From: a virus
Reading direction: 5' to 3' (one strand)
Length of the DNA stretch: 64,000 nucleotides
Virus record (IMG/VR): IMGVR_UViG_3300032285_004186
Below are positions 47,540 to 57,084 of this stretch, one piece after another; within the stretch, counting starts at the first letter, position 1; the number at the start of each line of letters is the position of its first letter. The notes below the pieces were generated by a model that searched no databases, was not told where the DNA came from, and worked only from the letters and a program-made list of their open reading frames with translations. The position numbers were made by a program, and so were the translations under genes.

Positions 47540-48427
47540 ATGTCAGAAAAATATATAGTGTTTCACATAGACGGGGGAGTGGGTAAAAGTGTTTTAGCAA
47601 CTGCTGTTTGTTCTTCTATCAAAAAAGCTCATCCGGAAAGAAAGATTATTGTCATAACAGCTTGGCCAGAAGTTTTTTTACACAATCCAGAAATTTATAG
47701 AGTATACAAAGCCGGAAATTTTGCTTATTTTTATGAAGATTTTATTAAAGACAAAGATTCTTTAATTTTCAGACTAGAACCCTATCACAGTAGTGATTTT
47801 ATACACCAGAGTAAGTCTTTGATAGAAATATGGTGTGATTTATTTCAAATTCCTTGTATTTCTTTACAGCCTAAACTTTTTTTAACTCAAAGAGAAATAA
47901 TAAATGCTCAGAGTACTTTGAATACTAAGGATCCTATATTAATGATTCACCCATTTGGAGGTGGTGATAATGCTGAAAATTCTTACTCTTGGGCCAGAGA
48001 TCTGCCACCAGTCTTGGCTCAGAATTTAGTTAATAAATTGCATAAAAATTTTGGTAAAGTATTACAAATTCGAAGAGATAAACAAATTGTGTTAGATAAT
48101 ACTGTAGGTGTATCAGATAGCCTGCGTAATATTTTTTGTTATGTACATTTATCTACAAGAGTAATAGCCATAGACTCCATGATTCAACATATAGCAGCAG
48201 CCCTAAACAAGCCAGCTGCAGTCGGTTGGATAGCAAATTCACCTAAAGTATTTGGACATGAATTACATACCAATATTCCACCTAGCCAACGTCCAGCTTT
48301 TAGACATTCTATAGATTCTTACTTAGAAGAACTGGATTGGACCGGAAAGAGACATTACGAATGTCCGTATGATGATATTAATAATATCTTTAAAGAAGAA
48401 GAATTTTTAAAATACTGTGAATTATGA
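47540..48427 (+). CDS. GT9-like glycosyltransferase (heptosyltransferase-like GT-B)
   Basis: 'GGVGKSVLATAV', 'EVFLHNP', 'IHPFGG', 'AIDSMIQHIAAALNKP' and 'FGH'. Confidence 0.7.
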   Translation: MSEKYIVFHIDGGVGKSVLATAVCSSIKKAHPERKIIVITAWPEVFLHNPEIYRVYKAGNFAYFYEDFIKDKDSLIFRLEPYHSSDFIHQSKSLIEIWCDLFQIPCISLQPKLFLTQREIINAQSTLNTKDPILMIHPFGGGDNAENSYSWARDLPPVLAQNLVNKLHKNFGKVLQIRRDKQIVLDNTVGVSDSLRNIFCYVHLSTRVIAIDSMIQHIAAALNKPAAVGWIANSPKVFGHELHTNIPPSQRPAFRHSIDSYLEELDWTGKRHYECPYDDINNIFKEEEFLKYCEL

Positions 48428-48702
48428 ATGAAGACAATTTAAAACCAGATTCAGTTGAAACTATTATTAGTATAGGTCGTATTTTCTCAGAAAAAGATGA
48501 CATGTGGATGCCGTGTCTTAAAGATGAAGCCTCTCACGACATAGATCCGGTGTGGGTTGCTGCAGTGATGTATCTAGTGTTAGATCGTTATGTTGGTTGT
48601 ATACCAGATGAGAAGCAAATAGAATTTTATGAAACTACTTTAAAGATATTTGAAGCCATGAAAGAAAATGGAGCCAAGTTTATTTTAAAGGTCAATAAAT
48701 AA
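48424..48702 (+). CDS. Hypothetical protein
   Basis: 92-aa ORF, ATGA-coupled. Confidence 0.55.
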   Translation: MNEDNLKPDSVETIISIGRIFSEKDDMWMPCLKDEASHDIDPVWVAAVMYLVLDRYVGCIPDEKQIEFYETTLKIFEAMKENGAKFILKVNK

Positions 48703-48715
48703 CATAAATATCTTC

Positions 48716-49420
48716 ATGGCCGCTTCTTTATTTCTACAAAATCTTATTAATGAACAAATTAATTTGTCAAAAAACAAATTAAAATCTAAATTTAATCTTA
48801 CCTTAGAAAGTATTTTATCAGAAGATGAAGTAGTACCCGGAACAATTTCTTCACCACCAAATGCATCTGCTGGTGGACCACCAGCCACACCACAAGCAAA
48901 TCCAGTTACTCCAGAACCGGAAACAGACCTCCCGCCAATTAATGCAGATATAGAAATAAAATTATCTAGATTAGCAGCCTTAGCTCTACTGACGGATATA
49001 CACAGAGTTTTGGATAAACATGAAGAATTAAGATCTGATGAAATTGTATTGTCTAAACTAAAAGATAGTGGAATTTCTGGCAAAGAGGATTGTTTAAAGG
49101 CTTTGCAGAAAATTTTAAAATTTGTTAAATTGGGTGATAATGAAGTGGGCTTTGATATAGATCAAGATTTTGTAAAGAAATTTGATCCTTCTTCAGAAGA
49201 TGCTATAACTAATTTAATTCTTAAAGTATTGTTTATATCTAAAGATAAAATTCTTCAAAATAATGATTCTTTGAGAAGTGTGGTTGATGATATAGGTTCT
49301 TTGCAATCACAAATTAAACCTATAGAAAAATCAGACCCAGTGGCAGCTACAGATCTTGCTAAACAAATAGTTCAAAAAATAAATAATGATATTCTTCCGT
49401 CAGCAGACTTGACTATATAA
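48716..49420 (+). CDS. Hypothetical protein, probably late-expressed
   Basis: TAAATA 5 nt upstream of ATG; Pro-rich linker. Confidence 0.55.
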   Translation: MAASLFLQNLINEQINLSKNKLKSKFNLTLESILSEDEVVPGTISSPPNASAGGPPATPQANPVTPEPETDLPPINADIEIKLSRLAALALLTDIHRVLDKHEELRSDEIVLSKLKDSGISGKEDCLKALQKILKFVKLGDNEVGFDIDQDFVKKFDPSSEDAITNLILKVLFISKDKILQNNDSLRSVVDDIGSLQSQIKPIEKSDPVAATDLAKQIVQKINNDILPSADLTI

Positions 49421-49436
49421 AACATAAGACTAATAT
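49409..49436 (+). promoter_or_regulatory. Sigma70-type promoter
   Basis: TTGACT-16-TAATAT, then 5 nt to ATG 49442. Confidence 0.5.
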
Positions 49437-49441
49437 AGGTT

Positions 49442-49699
49442 ATGTCTGATACAGAATTTACACAAGAAGAAATTCAATTAATTATTGAATCGTTATTGTA
49501 TTGTGCTTCTTCTGAAATCAATCATACAAAATATCACGAAGATATAACTAGGGTTATAGAACTTGCTGTGAAATTGCGCCTCAAACATCAGGACATTCCG
49601 TTAGATAATGTTTATTATTTCGATGGTAAAGTATTTACTTGTCCTTATGTAGATGAAATAAACAAATTCTTTCCGGAAATAAGATATACTGATTTATGA
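49442..49699 (+). CDS. Hypothetical protein
   Basis: 85-aa ORF. Confidence 0.55.
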   Translation: MSDTEFTQEEIQLIIESLLYCASSEINHTKYHEDITRVIELAVKLRLKHQDIPLDNVYYFDGKVFTCPYVDEINKFFPEIRYTDL

Positions 49700-50328
49700 A
49701 AATTGCTGTAGTAGGAACTCAATGTATAGGTAAGTCTACTTTTATTAAAGACTTTCTCAAAAAATGGCCGATGTATACCACGCCGGAAAAAACTTATAGA
49801 GATGCAGTTAAGGAAAAAAATATTTCCATTAATCGTGAAGGTACAGAAGAATCTCAGCAAATTATTTTAGATTTCTTGGTGGATCAAGCTTTGTCTTGTT
49901 CTAAATCTGAAAATGTTATATTTGATAGATGTGTATTAGATAATTTGGCTTATTCTTCTTGGTTGAATTTAAACAATAAGGTTTCTGACAAATTTCTAGA
50001 TCAGTCTAGAATTTTAGTAAGAGAAACTTTAAAGATGTTTGATATTATTTTCTTTCTTCCTATTACCAAGGTATCTCCAGTTGCTATAGTGGAAGATGGT
50101 GTGAGGGATATAGATCCTACTTACAGAGAAGAAATAGATAACATTTTCAAGGTCTTTGTTAAGTCTTATCAATCCGGAGATGGAAGAGTATTTCCTAAGG
50201 GTGATAGCCCTCCAATTATAGAAATATACGGGAGTCCGGAACAGCGCATTGCCTTGACCTCTATGTATATTACTGAAGAAGGCAAACCATACGGAGAAGA
50301 ACAAAGTCTCATAACAGACATTTATTAG
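49696..50328 (+). CDS. P-loop nucleotide kinase-like protein (AAA_28 / NadR-like)
   Basis: 'KIAVVGTQCIGKST', 'FDRCVLDNLAY' and 'EDGVR'. Confidence 0.75.
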   Translation: MKIAVVGTQCIGKSTFIKDFLKKWPMYTTPEKTYRDAVKEKNISINREGTEESQQIILDFLVDQALSCSKSENVIFDRCVLDNLAYSSWLNLNNKVSDKFLDQSRILVRETLKMFDIIFFLPITKVSPVAIVEDGVRDIDPTYREEIDNIFKVFVKSYQSGDGRVFPKGDSPPIIEIYGSPEQRIALTSMYITEEGKPYGEEQSLITDIY

Positions 50329-50342
50329 AATAAATAAATGAT

Positions 50343-51320
50343 ATGAGTTTATTTGAAGACCTTTATCAACAACAATTAGAAGAAATGGCCCGTTCTACAG
50401 ATGTGGCTGATTTTGGCGGCGTGCCAGAAGATTTTCCAAGCAAAGCCATTCCTAATAGAGGCACAGCCAATCGTTTTGGTAGACATCAAAATTCAGATGT
50501 TCAGCCATTCTTTCAAGCAGTTGTACAAGATTTTCTTTCTAGAGAAAATAAAAAAATTACATATGCAGAAGTTTCTACGGCTATTAAAAATATTTTGTTA
50601 AAAGGTAAAGATCGCGGCGGTATGGGAATGGGACCTACCTTTGCGGATAAATGGACTCAACATTTGTCTGATGTATTGTTTAAATTACTAAAAAGTGTTA
50701 ATGCAGCATCTAAAGCACCTAGCAGTAGTCCAGCAGAAGAAGATTCAGAAGACAAATCTCCAATTAATGTAGCTCCGGAAGTTCCAACATCTTCTGAAAA
50801 AGAAATTTCACCGGAAGAATCTGAAAAAGAAGCTGATCAAGATATTTCAGATAATGAAGCAGAAGAAGAGCCAGCAGAAGTTTCTAAACCAGAATCTGCT
50901 GAAGATGATCTAGAAGCCACAGCCGGATTAGATTTGAATCCAGAAGAGGAAGCTTTATTAGATGTTATTAAAAATCTTGGTGGTAATGAAGTTACTAACA
51001 AACAAATTATAGCAGATCCATCCACTCCCTTTAAATTAAGAGATGATCCTTCTAAATTAAGGGAGGTACTAGGTAAAATGGCTAGAGAACACGGAGTTAT
51101 TAGCCGAGGAGATACTGGATGGAATATTAAAGAAAAAGAATCTTCAGAAAATGGAGCTGTGTTTGATAGAGATGAAGATGGAGAAGATTATGGGGCCAAA
51201 GACACCATATCTCAATATGCTTCAAATTATGGTGAAAGACCTGAATTTGGATCTCAATTTGAAAGTTTTGACATTATGAAAACTTTCGTAGATTCTTTTA
51301 AATCTAAAAGTCTTGAGTAA
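50343..51320 (+). CDS. Hypothetical acidic protein, probably late-expressed
   Basis: TAAATA 6 nt upstream; long Glu/Pro/Ser-rich linker; possible C-terminal winged helix. Confidence 0.55.
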   Translation: MSLFEDLYQQQLEEMARSTDVADFGGVPEDFPSKAIPNRGTANRFGRHQNSDVQPFFQAVVQDFLSRENKKITYAEVSTAIKNILLKGKDRGGMGMGPTFADKWTQHLSDVLFKLLKSVNAASKAPSSSPAEEDSEDKSPINVAPEVPTSSEKEISPEESEKEADQDISDNEAEEEPAEVSKPESAEDDLEATAGLDLNPEEEALLDVIKNLGGNEVTNKQIIADPSTPFKLRDDPSKLREVLGKMAREHGVISRGDTGWNIKEKESSENGAVFDRDEDGEDYGAKDTISQYASNYGERPEFGSQFESFDIMKTFVDSFKSKSLE

Positions 51321-51341
51321 CCCTTAAATACTAGTTATACT
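51313..51341 (+). promoter_or_regulatory. Sigma70-type promoter for primase (leaderless geometry)
   Basis: TTGAGT-17-TATACT, then 6 nt to ATG. Confidence 0.65.
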
Positions 51342-51347
51342 AGTAAC

Positions 51348-52307
51348 ATGAGGCAGTTACCTGGAAGTTATGTTTTAAGTAAGTTTTATACACTAGCAGG
51401 GGAGCCTACTTTTCGTAAATTTGACGGAAATTATAATGCCTCTTGTCCTATTTGTCGTGAAGGTAAGAGCTGGTTGAAGAAAAAAAGACTTTATTTTTAT
51501 CCGTCAACCAGCTCTTTTTATTGTTTTAATTGTAACAAATCTTGGAATGCCCTTAATTGGATAAGAGAATCCTCTAATCTTACGAAGGAAGAAATAGAAT
51601 TAGAGGCATTTAGTGGTAGTTTATCTATTGATATCACAGATCATAATAAACAAGTCAAAAGTATGCGTAAGGAAAAACCTAATCTGCCACACGATTCGTT
51701 GAATTTAAATGATTTGCAGCAACGCAAGTACTACCAGCCTTCTACTTATTTTCAATTGGCCTTGGAGTATTTGGAAAAGAGAAGATTAAATACAGCTATT
51801 AATAAATCAGACAATTTTTATATAAGCTTGACAGATCATTTTCATAAAAATCGTCTTTGTATTCCTTATTATGATAGAAATAAACAAGTAGTATTTTACC
51901 AAACCAGAAGTTTAGATGGTCAAGAACCTCGATATTTGAATAAAATTGGATATGATAAGACTGTTTTTGGTTTGGAAAGAATAAATCATCAATTAGATTA
52001 TATTTTTCTTTTTGAAGGTCCTATGGATGCCATGTTTGTTAAAAACGGAGTTAGTTTGGCGGGGTTATCTTTAACCAATATTCAAGAAAAACAACTAGCT
52101 GAATTTCCTTTTCATGAAAAAATATGGATTCTAGACAATCCTAAAGCAGATCAGGCAGCTAGGGAAAAGATTTTTACATTAATAAATGCAAAACAAAAGG
52201 TATTCCGCTGGCCTCTGGATAAACCCTATAAAGATTTCAATGAATGGGCTGTAAAAGAGGAAATAGACGAAATACCTTTAGATTTTATTTTAAATTCTTT
52301 ATATTAA
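51348..52307 (+). CDS. DNA primase (gp61-like)
   Basis: Zn ribbon CPIC...CFNC, 'RLCIPYY', 'QTRSL', TOPRIM 'FEGPMDA', 'LDN' and 'KDFNE'. Confidence 0.93.
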   Translation: MRQLPGSYVLSKFYTLAGEPTFRKFDGNYNASCPICREGKSWLKKKRLYFYPSTSSFYCFNCNKSWNALNWIRESSNLTKEEIELEAFSGSLSIDITDHNKQVKSMRKEKPNLPHDSLNLNDLQQRKYYQPSTYFQLALEYLEKRRLNTAINKSDNFYISLTDHFHKNRLCIPYYDRNKQVVFYQTRSLDGQEPRYLNKIGYDKTVFGLERINHQLDYIFLFEGPMDAMFVKNGVSLAGLSLTNIQEKQLAEFPFHEKIWILDNPKADQAAREKIFTLINAKQKVFRWPLDKPYKDFNEWAVKEEIDEIPLDFILNSLY

Positions 52308-52852
52308 GACATCTTAGTTATGTCTGCATCTCTTTGTTTTTTAGGAGCCAGGTTAATAAATCCGTTTAATATTTCTCTTAATTTAGCCACTTCACCAGCA
52401 ACACGAGTAATACCATCTGAAGTTTTACGAGTAATACCTCTCATTAAAGAACCTGGCCTATCCACTGCGGCTAGAGTTTTAGCCAAAGATTGACTTTGGG
52501 TGTCATTAATGAATTCTGTAAACTCTTCTAATTTTGCAGCCCATTTACCCATTTCAGAAATAGCATTGGCTGTAATATTAGGATCTACTCCTTGCGTATC
52601 AAAATTGTCTTTAGGTGTTTCATCTTCTAAAGAACCTTGAAAATCTGTTTGATTTTGGTCTGGGGTAAAATCTTCTGGTGCTTTGGGCTCTATTCCTTCT
52701 TCTGCCTCTTTGACTAAGTGGGTAATAAAACTTCTAACAAAAGGAATGTAAGATTCATCACAACTACAAGATTGTTTGCTGGCTTTTAAGATTCTAGACA
52801 CTTCTTTAGAAGATTTAGATTTATTTTTCTTAGTTTTCATTGAATTCTTCAT
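52304..52852 (-). CDS. Hypothetical protein, probably late-expressed
   Basis: 182-aa ORF; minus-strand TAAATA at 52865-52870. Confidence 0.55.
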   Translation of the reverse strand: MKNSMKTKKNKSKSSKEVSRILKASKQSCSCDESYIPFVRSFITHLVKEAEEGIEPKAPEDFTPDQNQTDFQGSLEDETPKDNFDTQGVDPNITANAISEMGKWAAKLEEFTEFINDTQSQSLAKTLAAVDRPGSLMRGITRKTSDGITRVAGEVAKLREILNGFINLAPKKQRDADITKMS

Positions 52853-52868
52853 GGATTTATAGTATATT
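52840..52868 (+). promoter_or_regulatory. Sigma70-type promoter for the queC operon (leaderless geometry)
   Basis: TTGAAT-17-TATATT, then 6 nt to ATG 52875. Confidence 0.6.
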
Positions 52869-52874
52869 TACCTT

Positions 52875-53618
52875 ATGGATAGTGCAAACAACGACAAGAT
52901 TTGTGTAGTTTTATATAGTGGAGGCATGGATAGTACTGTAGTTTTGCATCATGCTTTAGCAAACTATAACAAGGTTTATGCCCTAGCTTTTGATTATGGA
53001 CAGAGGAACATAAGAGAATTGACCGGAGCTGAAAATTACATCACAAATTATATTTTAAAATCTTCTTATGCAGAGAAATTAAAGTATTCTCGTATGCCCT
53101 TACCGGTAAAATTTTTAAATTTTAATTCTGCATTAACAGATGAGAATATAGAAGTGCCTAAAATGAAAGAGGTTATTGGTGATCCACAAAATGTAGCGTA
53201 TGTTCCAAATAGAAATATGATTTTTTTGTCCCTAGCGGTGGGCATGGCGGAAAGTGTCGGCGCGCCTGATGTTTTATATGGAGCAGCCAAGGCTGACGAC
53301 ACTTCAGGTTTTTGGGATTGTACACCAGATTTTAGAAATTATCTTAACACTATTCTTTCTCTTAATCGTAGAAATCGTATAGAGATTAAAACTCCTTTAA
53401 TAGACAAAACAAAAAAAGAAATTATCGAATATGGTTTAGAATTGGGTGTAGAGTTTGGTTGGACAAGAACCTGTTATACAGAACATGAAAATTCTTGCGG
53501 AGAATGTCCAAGTTGTTCGGCTCGAATTGCCGGTTGGTTACATACAGGTAAGATAGACCCATTGAAATATTCTAGAGAAATTGATTGGCAAAAATATAAT
53601 TGTCAATCAATATACTAA
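52875..53618 (+). CDS. queC: 7-cyano-7-deazaguanine synthase
   Basis: SGGMDS, FDYGQR, YVPNRN, DC, TRTCY and CGECPSC. Confidence 0.95.
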   Translation: MDSANNDKICVVLYSGGMDSTVVLHHALANYNKVYALAFDYGQRNIRELTGAENYITNYILKSSYAEKLKYSRMPLPVKFLNFNSALTDENIEVPKMKEVIGDPQNVAYVPNRNMIFLSLAVGMAESVGAPDVLYGAAKADDTSGFWDCTPDFRNYLNTILSLNRRNRIEIKTPLIDKTKKEIIEYGLELGVEFGWTRTCYTEHENSCGECPSCSARIAGWLHTGKIDPLKYSREIDWQKYNCQSIY

Positions 53619-53621
53619 TAT

Positions 53622-54254
53622 ATGTGTGGCATAGCAGCAGCTCCAACGTTTGAAAAGGCTTTTAATTTATACAGATTAAATTTACATCGAGGCAGTTATT
53701 CTTCTGGCTTAATGTCTGTAGATACTAAGACAGGTGCTTATTTTATATATAAACAACAAAAAGCATTTGAAGAAATAGAATCTTTGCTTTGGAAGATAGA
53801 ACAAAGTAGAAATAATTTTGATTACTTTCTTTTTCATTCAAGAGCCCCCACCAACAGCACAGAAACACTATGGACTGCAGAAACTACTCATCCTTTTGCA
53901 TATGATAATTGTCATGTAGCCCACAATGGTATTATTACAAATTTTCAAGAACTTAATAAAGATTTGAATTTTAATGTAGACACACAAATAATACCATACA
54001 ATCTAATAAAGACATACAATATACAAGAAACATATTCCAACTTGCAAGGATTGCTTACTAGTTGGATAGTTTGGGGTAAAGATGTACATGTAATTAAAGC
54101 TGGTAGCTCTTTATGGATGGACAAAGATTCTTTTTCTTCTTCAAAATTTGAAGGTGCTCACTACATAGAGGAAGACGGTGTAATATTTAATTATATTAAT
54201 AATAAATTTGAAAAAAGTGGAACATTTCCTTATACAAGTACATATTTTATATGA
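53622..54254 (+). CDS. Class II glutamine amidotransferase (stand-alone)
   Basis: N-terminal MCGI, RG, HSRAPT, THPF, AHNGIITN and VDT. Confidence 0.88.
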   Translation: MCGIAAAPTFEKAFNLYRLNLHRGSYSSGLMSVDTKTGAYFIYKQQKAFEEIESLLWKIEQSRNNFDYFLFHSRAPTNSTETLWTAETTHPFAYDNCHVAHNGIITNFQELNKDLNFNVDTQIIPYNLIKTYNIQETYSNLQGLLTSWIVWGKDVHVIKAGSSLWMDKDSFSSSKFEGAHYIEEDGVIFNYINNKFEKSGTFPYTSTYFI

Positions 54255-54937
54255 AAAAAATAACAGCAGTAATTGCCACACAGGCAAAATCTATTCAAGA
54301 ATTTGAAAAACGACCCATTTTTAAATCTTTACAACGACATCATGATTCTAAAGATTTATTTTCAGCTGGTAAATTTGATTTTGTCTTAGTTAAAGACAAT
54401 AAAGAGGGGTTGCCTAAAGTGTATAATAAATTTTTGCAAGATTCTAAATATCAAAAAGACATTCTTTTATTTGTTCATGATGACGTTGAATTAGAAGATT
54501 TGTTTTTGATAGAAAAATTGCAAAATTCACCCTACGAGGTTACCGGTTTGGCTGGTACTAAAAAAGCAAATTTAAATAAACCACCCGGCTGGCATTTAAT
54601 GAGCACAAAAGAAGACTGGGTAGGTGAAGTAGCCCATGCTGATTCCTCTGGAGTTTGGACGACAGTTTTTGGTCCAACTAATTCCAGGGCTTTATTAATA
54701 GACGGACTTTTTATAGCAGTAGATGTTAAAGCTATAAATGAAAAAAATGTTTCATTTAATGAAAAATTTGAATTTCATCATTATGATTTATCTTTTTGTT
54801 TAGATTGTAACAAAGCCAAGGTAAAAATAGGAGTTTTGCCTATTAGAGTCATACATCACGGTTTGGGCGACAGTATGCTTTCAGAAGAATGGAAAGTTAG
54901 TGCTGAAATCTTTAAACAAACCTACGGTACAAATTAA
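54251..54937 (+). CDS. GT-A glycosyltransferase-like protein
   Basis: 'GLPKVYN', 'FVHDDV', 'GLAG', 'IDGLF', 'FHHYD' and 'HHGLG'. Confidence 0.8.
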   Translation: MKKITAVIATQAKSIQEFEKRPIFKSLQRHHDSKDLFSAGKFDFVLVKDNKEGLPKVYNKFLQDSKYQKDILLFVHDDVELEDLFLIEKLQNSPYEVTGLAGTKKANLNKPPGWHLMSTKEDWVGEVAHADSSGVWTTVFGPTNSRALLIDGLFIAVDVKAINEKNVSFNEKFEFHHYDLSFCLDCNKAKVKIGVLPIRVIHHGLGDSMLSEEWKVSAEIFKQTYGTN

Positions 54938-54959
54938 AAATTACATTTACAATAAACAC

Positions 54960-55553
54960 ATGAGTAGATCAAAAATATACAAAGATGAAGATTATGATGG
55001 ATCTTTGATTCACGGACGATTTGGGTATAAAATTTTTCGTAAGAATTATAATCCATTAGGGGTGATTCATATTACCAGGGGCAATATGGATGTTAAAGAC
55101 AATTTAATTGATTTAGAAGATAAATTAACAAATGATTTCATTTACTCCGAAGATGCTTTGAGTATTTGTTGGGAGATTCCTAACATGAATCCGACAGGAG
55201 CTGTATTCTTTCAAAGACTTTTTATGCAAGAAATTGCTAATCTTTTTAGAACAGATCAATTCGGAATTTACGATCTTTATGTTGACGGAGATGATTTAAT
55301 GTTGCGTAAAAAAGGCATGGGTGAAAATAACAGAGAAGAATTCGGTAAGGCCAGTGTCAGTATCACTAAGGTAACAGACAATATTGCACTGGGTCATATT
55401 GGTATCAACATCTCCGCAGGATCAAGAGCTCCTAGTTTTGCTTTTTCACTATATTTGACAGATGAAAAAGTAGATGAATTGGCCAGTGTAATTGAAGAAA
55501 TTTTCTATGATATTCTTCAAGATTGTTTTATAGCTACTACCAAGGTGATTTAA
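54960..55553 (+). CDS. DUF366-like protein (likely start MSRSK)
   Basis: 'YDGS', 'RG.MDV...IDLED', 'IYS.D', 'QRL', 'GDDL', 'K.SVSI' and 'HIGINI' match the DUF366 consensus as I recall it. Confidence 0.75.
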   Translation: MSRSKIYKDEDYDGSLIHGRFGYKIFRKNYNPLGVIHITRGNMDVKDNLIDLEDKLTNDFIYSEDALSICWEIPNMNPTGAVFFQRLFMQEIANLFRTDQFGIYDLYVDGDDLMLRKKGMGENNREEFGKASVSITKVTDNIALGHIGINISAGSRAPSFAFSLYLTDEKVDELASVIEEIFYDILQDCFIATTKVI

Positions 55554-55942
55554 TGATTAAGAAAAAATATAATGATGATTTATTTGTGTATCTTGATTGG
55601 CTTCTTAAAAAACCAATCAAGGATTTACAATTGCAAAATGTGCCGTCTACTTTTATCACCAATAGATGGTTGTCTATGACAAATGTAGATATAACAAATA
55701 TTGTTAATACAACATTTAATAGATGGCTTTTGTCTAAAAATTTTAGTTCAGACAATTCATTGGCTTCTAAATTTTATCGGATAGTAATTCCTAAATTTAA
55801 TAAAAGAATATCTTATATTAAAAAACCAACTCTAGAAAATTCCAAGGATATTGAAGATGTTTCTTATCTTGCAAAAAATTTAGAAATGTCTCAAAAAGAA
55901 ATAGAAATGTATAATCAAACCCTTGATTATTTAAACCTTTAA
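55553..55942 (+). CDS. Clamp loader small subunit-like (gp62-like)
   Basis: 'LFVYLD', 'STFITNRWLSM', 'PK...YIKK' and 'LAKNLEMSQKE' resemble gp62. Confidence 0.55.
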   Translation: MIKKKYNDDLFVYLDWLLKKPIKDLQLQNVPSTFITNRWLSMTNVDITNIVNTTFNRWLLSKNFSSDNSLASKFYRIVIPKFNKRISYIKKPTLENSKDIEDVSYLAKNLEMSQKEIEMYNQTLDYLNL

Positions 55943-55956
55943 TTTAATTATTTTTT

Positions 55957-56340
55957 ATGATAGATAGACCTGTAAATTTAGAAGATCGAATTGGAGGCAA
56001 AATAGAAATAGAACATTATCAGGGCAATGATTTTGAATTAGAAGATTGGGTATTAGATAAGGTATTAGATAATATTTTAATGGTTCAGTATGTGGACATT
56101 AATGAGGCCGGCACAGAAATTAAAAGAGGTAGTTTATGGATACCTATCGGAGCAGTTCAACATACTTGGAGGGTTGCTAAAGTTATTAAAGCCGGACCGG
56201 ATTGTAAAACTGTAAAAGAAGGAAATTATATTGTTTTTCCTAATGATAGAGGTTTAAAAGTGGCAAATCTTAACGGATTAAAAAATGTAGCTTTCTTGAA
56301 TGAAGACCGTATTTTTGGGGTCTGTAATCCAAAGATATAA
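55957..56340 (+). CDS. GroES-like co-chaperonin (gp31-like)
   Basis: 'RGSLWIP', 'AKVIKAGPDCKTVKEGNYIVFP' and 'FLNEDRIFG'. Confidence 0.8.
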   Translation: MIDRPVNLEDRIGGKIEIEHYQGNDFELEDWVLDKVLDNILMVQYVDINEAGTEIKRGSLWIPIGAVQHTWRVAKVIKAGPDCKTVKEGNYIVFPNDRGLKVANLNGLKNVAFLNEDRIFGVCNPKI

Positions 56341-56344
56341 TTAA

Positions 56345-56728
56345 GTGAATTTATCTTCTAATGGTTTATCTAGTTTATTGGAAGCTAATGTAGTGGAATT
56401 AAAATTTATAAGAAGACATCCGATTCAAGGCAAACCTATAACCAGACGAATGTTGGCCTCTTTAAACTCTGCAATATTAGATTCAGATCTAGGAAGGACT
56501 GTTTTAAATTTTAAACCACCTACCAGAGCACCATCTTACAATCCTAGTAATTATAATTTAATAACTGTATTTGATATTTTTATGCAAGATTGGAGATCTA
56601 TACCAGCAGATAAAGTAGAAGTAATAAGAGTTCTTCCTTCAGATCCAGTAACAGATTTTTGGGAATATTTTTTTACTTCTTTAGCAAAAATGACACCAGC
56701 TCAAAAAGCTGCCTTTATGGATCAATAA
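56345..56728 (+). CDS. WYL_2/Sm-like protein (putative)
   Basis: 'VVELKFIRR...RRMLASLN...ITVFDIFMQDWRSI'. Confidence 0.6.
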   Translation: MNLSSNGLSSLLEANVVELKFIRRHPIQGKPITRRMLASLNSAILDSDLGRTVLNFKPPTRAPSYNPSNYNLITVFDIFMQDWRSIPADKVEVIRVLPSDPVTDFWEYFFTSLAKMTPAQKAAFMDQ

Positions 56729-57084
56729 TGAATATTAACAACACACCACTCGAAGAAGCTTGTAAATTTCTTTTGCAAAAAAATATATCTTTAGAAGTTA
56801 ATAATAAAATTTTTAAATCTGGAAAATTATTACTTTTTTATCAAAAAAATTTTTATTTAACTTTTGTTTTAAATTCCAACAAAAAAGATAAAGATAAAGT
56901 AGAAATACCAATACCCTTTGAAACAGAAACTCATTTTGAAGACAATTTAATTTATTTTGATTATCGAATAAAAACATTAAGCAAACTGGCACCGGACATG
57001 GAAAATTATTTAAAAATATATCCATCAAAAGTAGCCAGTAATAAGTATTGGGATACTATATTAACTATCAATGCAAGTAATTAA
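56728..57084 (+). CDS. Hypothetical protein (likely start MNINN)
   Basis: TAATG-coupled to the upstream gene. Confidence 0.55.
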   Translation: MNINNTPLEEACKFLLQKNISLEVNNKIFKSGKLLLFYQKNFYLTFVLNSNKKDKDKVEIPIPFETETHFEDNLIYFDYRIKTLSKLAPDMENYLKIYPSKVASNKYWDTILTINASN

